From: Octopus vulgaris
Lineage: Eukaryota
DNA: 64,000 nt
Assembly: GCA_951406725.2 (NCBI GenBank)
Contig: OX597822.1
Location: 4,278,001-4,342,000 of the forward strand
Direction: 5' to 3'
Within the stretch, counting starts at the first letter, position 1, and each line of letters starts with the position of its first letter. Position numbers and translations under genes: made by a program. Positions 38,335-50,224 of the stretch are shown piece after piece. The notes beneath the pieces were generated by a model. The model was not told where the DNA came from. It saw only the letters and a program-made list of their open reading frames with translations, and did no database searches.

Positions 38335-40105
38335 TATTTATTTAAAGGTCACAGTACATGTATATAAGCGCTACTAATGACAAATACTCAACATATTCTT
38401 CAGGCGCAAACCATGTATCATAACGAACTAAAAACGCGAAAAAACTGAGAAGGCTGCACATAGAAAACGCAGAAAATAAAAAAAAAACGGAAAACGAAAA
38501 CACAATAACTAAAATGTAAAAAATTAAAAATTAAAAATTAAAAGGTCAAAGGTCAAAGAGCTATCCTCCTTAGACCTTAAAAGAAAAGGCTGGAAAGATA
38601 TCAAGTTAGTCAGGGATAGGCGGAATTTTCCAATTCTTGAAGATGTATTTATACATATGCTTACAATCACTGAAAATTTCTGATTTACACTTCAGTAGAG
38701 AGTTAGGGATCTTAGATTTGAACTGTATTTTCGTTTTTTCAGCTAAACAAAGCCTACATTTATTCGATCCATTCACATAAGGTATGGGTTTCTCAATTAC
38801 TTTTCATTTAATCACATGTGGTATGTCGTTATCTTTCCATTAGCCTAATGAGAAACTCGCATATATACATAAACAGTTTTATCACCCTCCTGTAATATTT
38901 AAAAGCCTAATAGCTAATGTTAGTAACAGAGTGACTAACCTCTCCTCTTCTAAAGAAATTTTTTGAGAATGATGCACCCTATTATAACAATTCCCTAGCC
39001 AATAGTGGCTTCGCTTCAAAGATAAATTAATTTATAATTCCCCTAATAATAATCAAAATATTAATAACAGATCTAGCGGCATCGAAGATAAAGTAATACA
39101 TAACCCTTCTAGTATTAATCAGAATAATAATAAGAAGAAACCTAATAGGTCAAGGAAAATTATTTGGCTCGCCTCTCCCTTTTCCCTTAATATAAAAACT
39201 GGCATAAGTAAAAGATTACTGTCTTCCCTAAACAAACACTTTCCAGCAACTCACAGATACAGGAAAATATTTGATAGGTGTTCTGTGAAATTATCATATA
39301 GCTGCTGCCCCAATATGAAGAGTATCATTACACATCCATTTGCAATTGTCGCGACCCAGGATCCTGTCCACTTGACTAACGATGCATGATTAAATCTATC
39401 ATATACGAGGCAGAAGTTACTGCAACCCTAAGTAATAATACAACTTATTTTATTATGTGATGGTGAATTTAAAAAGCACTATGCCAGTCAGATAGTCTCC
39501 TTCCAACATAGAAACAAAAGTAAAGTTACTGAATTGGCTAGCTACATGTGGACTTTGAAAAATAACGAAACACCACATGTGATTAAATGGAAAGTAATTG
39601 AGAAATCTATACTTTATGTGAATGGATCGAATAAATGTAGGCTTTGTTTAGCTGAAAGAGCGCAGATCCAGTTCGAAATCTAAGATCCCTAACTCTCTAC
39701 TGAAGTGTAGGTCAGGAATTTCCATTGGTCTCAAGCATATGTATAAATATATTTTGAAGAATTGGAAAATTCCGCTTAATCCAGACTAACTTGATATCTT
39801 TGCAGCCTTATCTTTCAAGGACTGGAGGAGATTGCTTTTTTACCTTTTTATTTTTATTTCTTATTTTTTACATTTTATGTTTTGTGTTTTCGTTTTCCGT
39901 TTTCCATTTTCCGTGTTTTTTTTTTATTTTCTGCGTTTTCTATATGCTACATTCTCGTTTTTTTTTTTTTTCGCGCTTCTATTATTCAATTTTTTTTTAG
40001 TTCGTTATGATATGCAGTTTGCGCCCGAAGAATACGTTTGAGTATTTCTCAACATTTGAAACTATTAGTAGCGCTTAAACACATGTAATGTGTCCTTTAA
40101 ATAAT
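38335..40105. mobile_element. Penelope-like element with inverted 3' duplication (38335-38840 minus; 38841-40105 plus)
   Basis: Plus strand: YIHKQFYHPP, NLSSSKEIF, ELASYMWTLK, IKWKVIEKS...KCRLCLAE; left arm is the reverse complement of about 39560-40105. Confidence 0.85.
40021..40074 (+). ncRNA. minimal hammerhead motif in the PLE 3' repeat (CCGAAGA core)
   Basis: gcgc-CCGAAGA-..ttgag-tattt-ctcaa..-GAAA-cta-t-tag-TA-gcgc; inverted arm 38368-38407 has CTGAAGA but has lost the GAAA segment. Confidence 0.7.
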
Positions 40106-40148
40106 ATATATATATACGACGGACACACACACTGTGTCCTATATATAT

Positions 40149-40198
<50 letters not shown>

Positions 40199-40725
40199 GA
40201 CGGACACACACGTGTGTATGAATGTAGTATGTATGTATGACAGTCATGGACGGTGGTGAAAAGGGAATAGGTCACGTCATAAATGTGGTTCGTTTTGGAA
40301 TTCTTCGTAGTCTAGTAAAATACCAAATTTATAGAGAATATGTTCCATGATGAAGCTAACAATTCCCCACATCAGCCATCACATTCAGCAGGCTGTCAGA
40401 AGTTGTTGTCATTGTTGCTGCTACTCACGCTGCTGTTAATGTTGGTGATGATAATGTTATTTTAATACGGTCCTTTACTCCCGGGTTACCAGTGCATTTA
40501 CGATCAAATGCCATTGGGACTAAAATTATCTAATGCATTCATTGATGAAGATAGTAACGTGTAATTTGAGGAAGATTTGGCTGTTATTTCGAAGAGGCTC
40601 TCTAGCTGCTTCGATCAGAATCGGTCCCTGCATCCAAGGCGAATCGTGCAGATTGGCAGAGTTCAGAAGTTGAAGGTGTTGGACTGAGGTCAAATTACAA
40701 AAACTTCATGTTCTTCTTGTTACAG

Positions 40726-40893
40726 GTGCAACACAGGTGAGTACAGTCATCTGACAAAACAATCATCAGATTTTAAGGGCTAGGAATTTTACTATACGAC
40801 AAAATCGTTCCTAACTTTCGGTACATCTTTACAGATAGGTGAAACGGGTCATATTGGAATTCAGTATTTGTGCCACAGATGCAACTTTCCTCG
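40726..40893 (+). other. candidate host exons: 11-nt microexon 40726-40736 and 59-nt exon 40835-40893
   Basis: ttcttcttgttacag|GTGCAACACAG|gtgagt; ctaac...atctttacag|ATAGG...CCTCG|gtaaga; one open frame after splicing. Confidence 0.35.
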
Positions 40894-41486
40894 GTAAGAT
40901 AAAACGAACCACGAACCACCAATCTCTCGGTTACTTACCGATTACTCATTGTCTCAGTCAAATACATTTCGACAGCCACGAGTTAATCATGTGATATATT
41001 ACTGTCACAGCTTCTCTGGAGAGATTTACAAAAATATATGACTAAAATCTCAGTAACATCTCTGAAAGTATTCATCAAAAGAATGAAAGGAGTGATTCGT
41101 CGATGTAAGGATGTAAAACTGTGAGAGGAAATAAGCGGGGAGAGGTAACTCTGCAGCCGACACAAGAACTGCTTGTCTTCGGAAATGATTTATTATTCAG
41201 ATATAAACATTCCATCAATATTGCATTCAGGCGAAAGGATTCCTGGCAGCTAAATGCATCGTAATAATTGTGGTCGTGTAGAATCGCTCCATGCGGAATC
41301 TTTCTATTATTTGAATAATTACGATCGATGGATTCACCATGCCAACAGCCTGCTTCTATGGACATGACGCAAATTGGTGAAGGTGCTTATGTTTATATGG
41401 TTATGCTCATAGACATACAGACCGACAGACAGGCAGACAGGCAAGCAGAAATACATGCAGACAGGCAGACAGACAGGTAGGCAGGC

Positions 41487-41576
<90 letters not shown>

Positions 41577-41618
41577 GTAGATAGATAGACAGAGATCGTA
41601 TATATACATACATTCACA

Positions 41619-41817
41619 CGAGGTGGTGTTGAGAAGTTCCTGGCTTTAAAGGTTTCGCGAAAGATCCAACCTTCATTTTTCGGGGCTTAGAAAAACTGAA
41701 GGACCACTGCAACAAATGTGTAAATCTGGGAGAGGAATATGGTGAATAACATCATAATTAACTGATCTTCCTGTATTTTCTTTTAGCCAAAACCAGGAAC
41801 ATTTCAAGATCCCTTCG
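41619..41817 (+). mobile_element. mariner-derived MITE
   Basis: Imperfect TIRs cgaggtggtgttgagaagttcctgg / ccaggaacatttcaagatcccttcg|TA; internal GLRKL..HCNKCVNLGEEYGE* mariner C-terminus. Confidence 0.75.
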
Positions 41818-42404
41818 TATATATACATACAGACATACATATATGCATATATACTGAGACATATATATGCATGTATATGTCTATATATGCATATATATGT
41901 GTTTGTAATGGAAGATTGAGTCCAGAGAAATAGTAAAACCCAAAGCCCACACTAAGTACACCGTGCAACTAAAATAATTTCTTTCTGTTACTCCATGAGT
42001 TCAAATTCCTGTGATGTCACCTGCCATGTAAATTCACACCACCAGAAACCGGAATGAAATGCTTGATTGTGCTAACTCGGTCAAAACAGTTGCTGATTTA
42101 TTCTTCTATCCCAATGTGGTCGATATAAGTACCAGGTAAATAAGTACCATGGTAAATTCAATCGATAATATCATCTTTTCAGCTTGTGGTTGTTGAATCT
42201 GATTAAAAGTAGCAATATATTTATTGACAGCTGGAAATTTGTCAGCGTTTGAAGGGTAGTAATGTAACTGTCAAAGGGGGTTTGTCAACTGAAAAATGCA
42301 TCATACATGTCTGAAGGAAGGGGACTGTCAGCCTGAGAAGTGAGAGAGCGTGAGGATTGGTCAGCGTGTATATCAGCGCGCGAGTGTATCCGTGTATCAT
42401 TGAG

Positions 42405-42780
42405 CCAGCGAGTCAGTGAGTCAGTGTGTCAGTGAGTCACAGTGTCCTTGAGACAGTGTCACAGTGAGTCAGTGTGTCTCTGAGTCAGTGTTTCAATGTG
42501 CCAGTGTGTCACTGAGTCAGTGTGTCAGTGAGACAGTGTGTCAGTGAGTCACAGTGTCCCTGAGTCAGTGTGACAGTGAGTCAGTGTGTCCCTGAGTCAG
42601 TGTTTCAATGTATCAGTGTGTCCGTGAGTCAGTGTGTCAGTAAGACAGTGTGTGAGTGAATCAGTGGGTGTCAGTGGGGTGTAATAACGTAGGTCTGCTC
42701 TGTCAGCATGTGAGTGTCAGTGTGTCAGAGTGTGAGTCAGTCAGTATGTGAGTCTGTAAGTGAAGCTAAGTGTCAGTGTT
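42405..42780. repeat. 8/16-bp minisatellite (TCAGTGAG/TCAGTGTG) with a 112-bp higher-order repeat
   Basis: tcacagtgtcc at 42437 and 42549; degenerate extension to about 43000. Confidence 0.85.
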
Positions 42781-43056
42781 TGGATTTGTCAGTATGAGGA
42801 TGTCAGCACGCAGACTTTTGTAATCGTGAGAGAGTTTTGAATGTGTCCGCGCGAGACTGTGTCAGTATGCCAGCATGGAGATCTATCGGTGCGTCAGTAT
42901 GTTAGCATGTTAATGTTTGAGCGTGTCAGTATGTTTACCACTGTCCGTGTGTATCAGTGCGATTGATGGAGTATGCCAGATATACGAATGCATGCGTGAG
43001 TCAATGTGAGAATATATCAGTTATATATTATGTTTGTTCATATATTTACATGTACG

Positions 43057-43439
43057 GGAGGTGCAATGGCCCAGTGGTTAGGGCAGCGGGCTCGCGGTCA
43101 TAGGATCGCGGTTTCGATTCCCAGACCGGGCGTTGTGAGTGTTTATTGAGCGAAAACACCTAAAAGCTCCACGAGACTCCGGCAGGGGATGGTGGTGATC
43201 CCTGCTGTACTCTTTCACCACAACTTTCTCTCACTCTTACTTCCTGTTTCTGTTGTACCTGTATTTCAAGGGGCCAGCCTTGTCCCTCTCTGTGTCACGC
43301 TGAATATCCCCGAGAACTACGTTAAGGGTACACGTGTCTGTGGAGTGCTCAGCCACTTACACGTTAATTTCACGAGCAGGCTGTTCCGTTGATTCGGATC
43401 AACCGGAACCCTCATCGTCGTAACCGACGGAGTGCTTCC
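43057..43439 (+). mobile_element. SINE family B, tail type 3, full length
   Basis: tRNA head; TSD atatttac(a/g)tgt at 43042 and 43440. Confidence 0.92.
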
Positions 43440-43650
43440 ATATTTACGTGTTTGGTAATCATTACTTCACTACTCTTCTATTTACCAAGTCTCAAATATA
43501 TAATCGCTGTGTGTTCAACCGAACCATTTATTCATTCAGTTGCCATTATTAAAGTAAAAGAAACAACAGAATATTGGCTGAAATACCCTGTTTCCTCTTT
43601 TAACTACATCTCTTTACATATTAGATGTTGTAACTAAATAGTCAATATAT

Positions 43651-43684
43651 CATTGACGTTTCGGTCTTAGTCCTCCTCGGTGAA
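43651..43684 (-). ncRNA. possible minimal hammerhead motif
   Basis: Minus strand CCGAGGA-ggac-taa-gacc-GAAA-cg-TC; stem I is poor. Confidence 0.4.
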
Positions 43685-43814
43685 ACATAAATTCCACCAA
43701 CTTTCATAATTAATCATGAGATAATCATCAAGTACTCAAACAAGAATGTACGCTTTTAAACATACAAATGAATACATAGAAAATATATTACTCTTATTAC
43801 TACTACTACAACTA

Positions 43815-43879
<65 letters not shown>

Positions 43880-44020
43880 TATTATTATTATTATATGTTT
43901 GACTTTTGCGTTATATTTGTACAAGTTGGCTCCAAGTCTCACCCGGAGACCTCAAGAGACAACAGGTTGGAAGTTCATTATTATTATTATTATCATTATT
44001 GTTATTATTATTATTATTAT

Positions 44021-44091
<71 letters not shown>

Positions 44092-44107
44092 TCATTATTA
44101 TTACCTA

Positions 44108-44320
44108 AGGCGGTGAGCTGGCAGAATCGTTACCGCACCGGACAAAATGCATAGCGGCATTTTGTCCGTCTTTACATTCTGGGTTCAAATGCCACCGAGG
44201 TCAACTTTGCCTTTCATCTTTCCGGGGTCGATAAAATAAGAACCAGTTGAATCCTGGGGTCGGTATAATCGACTTAACCCCTCCGCAGAAATTGCTGGCC
44301 TTGTGCCAAAATTTGAAAAC
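44108..44320 (+). mobile_element. SINE A, full length
   Basis: ggcggtgagctggcagaatcgtta...tgtgccaaaatttgaaaac. Confidence 0.9.
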
Positions 44321-44370
44321 ATTATTATTATTATTATTATTATTGTTATTATTATTATTATTATTATTAC

Positions 44371-44406
<36 letters not shown>

Positions 44407-44408
44407 TA

Positions 44409-44505
<97 letters not shown>

Positions 44506-44517
44506 TATTGTTATTAC

Positions 44518-45162
44518 TTTTTTTTCTTCTTTCAAATTTTCTTCCATTTCTTGCCGAGTGTCTTCCCGACTCCTAGGGCAAAGAAACTCATAGTGTATAT
44601 TGGTAGGCCATTAAACCAAACTCAGTAGTTCGTTCATTTTTTTTTTTTTTTTTTTAAAGTTAAATTAAAATACATGAGCAGCAACAGTTCTCACATCGAC
44701 AATGCTATTTTCAATACGTGTGATGTACCAGTTAAGACAATCTTTTGCACTTCTTGCAGGGATGGTAAGCCAGGGATCATTCTCATATAATTTTCGGTTC
44801 CCTTCTTGATCATTCCTAGTGCTCCTACGATCACTGGTATTGTAACCGCCTTGAGATGCCACATTTTCTCAATTTCAATGAGTAGGTCTTTATATTTTCT
44901 GAGCTTGTCAAACTCTTTCGCTGAGATATTATGATCACAGGGGATGCTCATGTCGATCAATAAGCAAACTTTATTGTTTTGGTCTTTCACAACAATATCT
45001 GGTTTATTGGCCTTGATGGTTCGGTCTGTATGTACTGGAAAGTCCCACAGAATGGTTACATTTTCTCCTTCAGTTACAGCCTCAGGGTGGTGATTATACC
45101 ACTTGTCGGCAGTTTTGATATTGTAATGCCGACTTATTAGCCAGTGGAGATATTGGCCAACT
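44518..45162 (-). mobile_element. Dong/R4-type element, 5'-truncated, open RLE endonuclease C-terminus, inserted in (AAT)n
   Basis: VGQYLHW...WYNHHPE...ILWDFPVHTDRTIKANKPDIVV...IDMSIP...KY...PVIVGALG...QKIVLTGTSHVL; (AAT)n on both flanks. Confidence 0.9.
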
Positions 45163-45191
45163 TATTATTATTATTATTAATATTATTATTA

Positions 45192-45286
<95 letters not shown>

Positions 45287-45638
45287 CTACTAATAATAGC
45301 ACAAATTTTAGCACAAGGTCAGCAATTTCAGAAAATGGGATAAGTCGATTATATCTCCACAGTTCTCGACTAGTACTTATTTTATCGACCCCGAACGGAT
45401 GAAAGGTAAAGAAAAAAATCGTATATATATTCACAGAATTTCTCAAGTTGGAGAGAGACGGAATTCTCTTTAAGGAATTTTTTCTCCCATCATAAGCCTT
45501 TTTTGTTGGTTTCAGTTATAACCAACACTATAAATAATTAAAACTCAATCTTAACTGATAATATCAATGAAGACTGAAATACATATAAGTAACTTTAAGT
45601 ATTTTTTCCACTAAATAAATAGTAAATAGATTAAACGC

Positions 45639-47509
45639 AGTCCTTGGTATTTCTTTTCTTTGGTATTGGGATGAAAACTGACCTCTTCCATTCTCTTGGC
45701 CACTTACAGGTTCTCCATATTCGTTGGCAAAGCGATGTTAGTGTTTTTGTTGGTATCGGCTTGAGTAATTCTAGTGGAATACCATCAGTACCTGGGGCTT
45801 TCCGGTTGGCCAGCTGTTTCATTGCCCATACCACCTCATCCTCCAGAATGTCTGGCTCCAGTTCCAGTTCCAGTTCTTCTGCCTGTTCATCAAGGTTCTT
45901 CCCTGCATACAACTTTTCAGTGTACTCTTTCCATCTTTTGCTGATCCCTTCTTGGTCATGCAGTTCTTCACCATTTCACCCTCGGATGGTTGCTTGTCTG
46001 GCCATGAATGCTGTACGGGTCTTCTTTACATGTTGGTAAAGTTCTCTCATGTTCCCTTTCCTGTATGCCTCCTCTGCCTTTGCACATTCCTCATTCCAGT
46101 ATTTCTCTTTTGTCCTTCCTGGCGGCCTGTTGGAACATTGCATTCAGGCACCGCACTTCATCCCTGCTTCTGGTCATCTTTCATCCTAATACCAAAGAAA
46201 AGAGATACCAAGGACTGCGCAAACTACCGTACCATCACCCTGATCTCCCATGTAAGCAAAATTCTCCTTAAAATCATCTAGAATCGCCTGAACACAACTA
46301 TTGAGAGAGAATTGCCAGAGGTGCAAGCTGGTTTCAGAAAGGGAAGAGGTACTCGCGATCACATCGCCAACCTACGGTGGATTATGGAAAAGGCAAGAGA
46401 ATACCAAAAGAAGCTGTACATGTGTTTCATCGATTACTCCAAAGCCTTTGACAGCATTGATCATGACAAGTTATGGAAATGTCTGGAGGAAATGGGAACA
46501 CCTTTACACCTTGTCCAGCTTATTAGATCACTCTATCAAAACCAAGAGGCTACAGTACGGACACCATATGGCGACACTGATTGGTTTGAGATTGGAAAAG
46601 GCACTCGGCAACGTTGCATCCTGTCACCAGCAGCCTTCAACATGTACGCTGAAAAGGTCATGAGGAATGCAGGCCTGGAGGATAACAGCATTGGAGTGAA
46701 GATTGGAGGAAGTAATATTAATAACCTTCGCTATGCAGATGATACAAACCTGCTGGCGGAGAGTGGTAAGGATCTGGAGGATCTTGTCCTGCTGGTCAAG
46801 GAAGAGAGTGAGAAATTTGGGCTGTACCTCAATGTTAAGAAAACGAAGATCATATCAACAGCAGCCACAACAAACATCAGCATCAAGATCGATAATGAAG
46901 AGATCGAAGTGGTTGATGATTTCATCTTCCTTGGCTCCAAAATAAATCGAGATGGGGACTGCACTCCAGAAATAAGACGGCGGATAGTACTAGGCAGAGA
47001 GGCAATGGTCAGCATGAGCAGGGTCTGGAAGAGTAGAGACATCAGACTTGCTACCAAATGCAGATTGGTGAATGCAATTGTCTTCCCAATAGCAACATAT
47101 GGATGCGAGACCTGGACACTAAAGAAAGCTGACCAGAAGAGAATTAATGCATTCGAGCTTTGGTGTTGGAGAAGACTTTTATGGATTCCATGGACAGCGA
47201 GGCTCACCAATGGAGAAGTTCTTAAGCAGATAAGGCCGAAAATGTCGCTAGAAGCTAGGATCACCAAGCATAGATTGGCATATTTCGGTCGTATTATGCG
47301 GAGAAAATCCTTGGAGAAGGACATCATGCTCGGAATGGTCAGTGGCAAGAGAGGAAGAGGCCGACCAAGAACCCGCTGGCTTGACACCATCAAGAGGGAT
47401 ACCAGAATAGACATAGCCTATCTGAACGAAGTGGCCCAGGATAAAACTGACTGGAGGACACTGATCCAACGAGTGACCGAGAGTCGACCTCGACTGAGCG
47501 GGTAGAGAG
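45639..47509 (+). mobile_element. RTE(BovB-like) LINE with 5' inversion (45639-46175 inverted) and 11-bp TSD
   Basis: QAGFRKGRGTRD, FIDYSKAFD, LRYADD, YGCETW, FELWCWRR, RGRGRPRTRW; inverted part KAPGTDGIP; TSD agattaaacgc at 45628 and 47510. Confidence 0.95.
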
Positions 47510-47759
47510 AGATTAAACGCGATTTTGGATTGGTGGTAAGGTGATAGAATCGGAGGTGGGGAATGTTTAGTGGGATTTTTTCCGGTTCTTTGCGTTCTGG
47601 TTTCAAATCCCTCCAAGATCCACTTAACCTTTTATCTCCTCAAAGACAATAAGATAAAGTACAAGTGAAATACTCTGGTTGATAGTGTTACTAACTCTTC
47701 TCACTCAAACCGCTCATTTTCTAGTTCGTTTTGTTGTTGTTGTTGTTGTTATTGCTTAT

Positions 47760-48107
47760 TTCTACTATAGGCACAAGTTCTGAGATTTGGGGGAGTGGGA
47801 TAATCGACTATATCGACCCCAGTAACCAACTACATATTTTATCGACCTCGAAAGGATGAAAGGTAAAGCATACTTCTTCTCCGGAATCGAACCCTGATTC
47901 CCCCGTTACCCGTTGACATCACGGTCGGCACTTACCGGGCCGTCGACAGTTGATAGGGCGGACTCGTGGGGGACCCGTCGCGCGGGGGCTAGTCGATACT
48001 AGCCCGTGCGTTCGTACTGCGAGAATTTGAACTAAGAACGTAAAGACTAATAAAATGCCGTTAAGTATTTTGCCTGTCATACTAACTGTGCTGCCAACTC
48101 ACCGCCT
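47760..48107 (-). mobile_element. SINE A interrupted by an rRNA fragment
   Basis: Tail/core 47760-47868; head 48019-48107. Confidence 0.8.
47875..48012 (-). pseudogene. 18S rRNA fragment (5' domain), about 140 bp
   Basis: Minus strand gccctatcaactgtcgacgg...aacgggtaacgggggaatcagggttcgattccggaga matches conserved eukaryotic SSU sequence. Confidence 0.9.
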
Positions 48108-48616
48108 TATTAAGGATTATTAATGCAATGAAATAACTCTGTATGAGAAAGATGCCCGTTCAGGCAGACGTACGGCAGCACGTTTACAAAATGAAACTTT
48201 TTGTTGTTTTCTAGCATGTAAATAACATGGTACAACGTTATCCCTTACTCGACCATAAGTTATGTCACAATATTTGAAACTAATACACTTTGTCGTTCTT
48301 TTGCTAGTCTGTGATTTTAAGGGATTTTTTACATATTTTTCTATATTTTTAACCATATGTAATATACGCTCATGTGGTCAGTCTAGTTTGATGCAGCCTA
48401 CTTGAACCTTCTCCTCGGACTCTCATCTCTCTTCCGACCTACTTCTTGGGCTTTATTCACCACTACAGAACCTCTTTACAACCTCTCCGCCTGGATTACT
48501 GCTGGAACTTTATGCATCCCGGATTCAGCCTTCATAGATCTTACTGTAACCCTTCATGTTGTTCCCCCTGAAATAAGTAACAGATAAGCTATAAATACAC
48601 CACGCTTCTTCCAGTT

Positions 48617-48689
<73 letters not shown>

Positions 48690-48746
48690 GTATATATATA
48701 TATATTCATATATACATATAATATAACATATATATATATATATAAC

Positions 48747-48781
<35 letters not shown>

Positions 48782-48784
48782 ATA

Positions 48785-48832
<48 letters not shown>

Positions 48833-48870
48833 TATATACATATAATATAACATATATATATATATATAAC

Positions 48871-48955
<85 letters not shown>

Positions 48956-48959
48956 ATAT

Positions 48960-49318
48960 ATACCGGAGTAAACACATATATGTGAAACAAGGTGGAAATA
49001 AGAGTACTCAAATACCAGTGAGAGAGTAATATGCTTTATTTAAAGCAGCAGAAAATTCAACAAAACCTGTTACTCTGAGTTTCGCGTTGCCGTTCGTCGG
49101 ACAGTTTTTGCTAGCAAAAATCCGGATTTTTGTCAGTGAACAGGTCGCGGATTTTAGCGACGAAAATATTTTGACAAATTAAACTTAAATGTTGAAGTGA
49201 ATCGAACGGCTTTTGTGTGTTTCTTAAATGGCTTACAAACACCTTCCACGCTGCAATTGTTTTCGTTTCAGCACACGATCTCAGATCAAATTACTTGCTA
49301 TGCAAGTACATCTCCGTA

Positions 49319-49320
<2 letters not shown>
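48960..49320 (-). mobile_element. (TA)n-flanked repeat carrying a hammerhead-like motif at 49067-49104 (PLE terminal repeat-like)
   Basis: Minus strand ctgt-CCGACGA-a-cg-gcaa-cg-c-GAAA-ctc-a-gag-TA-acag; same family as 27866-27946. Confidence 0.7.
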
Positions 49321-49351
<31 letters not shown>

Positions 49352-49354
<3 letters not shown>

Positions 49355-49727
49355 TATCGGCTACTTGTTTCAGTCGTGTGACACCGATCAAGTTGCGGTA
49401 CCACGTTGAAGAATTTTTAGTCGAATGAATCGACCCCAATACTTCTTTGATTAAGCCTGGTATTTATCCTATCGGTCTCTTTTACCGAACCGCCAGGTTA
49501 CAGCGGTATAAACACACTAACAGCGGTTGTTAAGCAGTGCGGGAGAGCATACACAGACACAAACACACACAAACACATACATACATAGATTGATAGATAG
49601 ATAAATAGATACATACATACATACATACATACATACATACATACATACATACATACATACACACACACACATACATACATACATACATACATACATACAT
49701 ACATACATACATACATACATACATACA

Positions 49728-49759
<32 letters not shown>

Positions 49760-49912
49760 CGACGAGCTTCTTTCTAACAGTTTCCGTCTACCAAATCCAT
49801 TCAGAAGGCTTTGGTCATCCCGAAGCTATAGTAGAATGTCACTTGCCGAACGTACCATGCAGTGGGAATGAACTCGGAACCATGTGGTTGGGAAGCAACC
49901 ACACAGCCACGA
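49352..49912 (-). mobile_element. SINE C with expanded internal (TACA)n
   Basis: Colinear with 28470-28885; about 200-bp internal microsatellite. Confidence 0.85.
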
Positions 49913-50190
49913 ATGTATGCATGCATATATGTATGCATGTAAGTATGTATATATGTATGTATGTATATATGCATGCATGCATGTATGTATGTATGTATGT
50001 ATGTATGTATGTATGTATGTATGTATGTATGTATGTATGTATGTATGTATGTATTGACTTGGCGCTTAAGCACTATATGTATATATAATTATTATTATTA
50101 TTGTTAATTCAAAACGGAGAAAAAGGTGACAAGAAAAACATATGGTTGTAGCACATTGATAAAACGCTCAGAGAAGCAAAAGAGTTGTTG

Positions 50191-50224
50191 GTTTATGTTT
50201 TGAGCATAGCTCTTCTTCGGAAAC
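50191..50224 (-). ncRNA. decayed minimal hammerhead motif
   Basis: Minus strand ttt-CCGAAGA-a-gagc-tat-gctc-AAAA-ca-TA-aa; needs two G>A reversions to read GAAACGTA. Confidence 0.4.

Noticed and set aside
40115-40215. Duplicated acgacggacacacac (similar small duplications at 18960 and 62530)
   Set aside because: Most simply explained as local slippage duplications in or near AT-rich/(TA)n sequence
41075-41365. 96-aa minus-strand ORF in unique sequence
   Set aside because: No recognisable motif or splice context
47875-48012. Functional rRNA gene
   Set aside because: Only about 140 bp, embedded in a SINE, with no other rDNA
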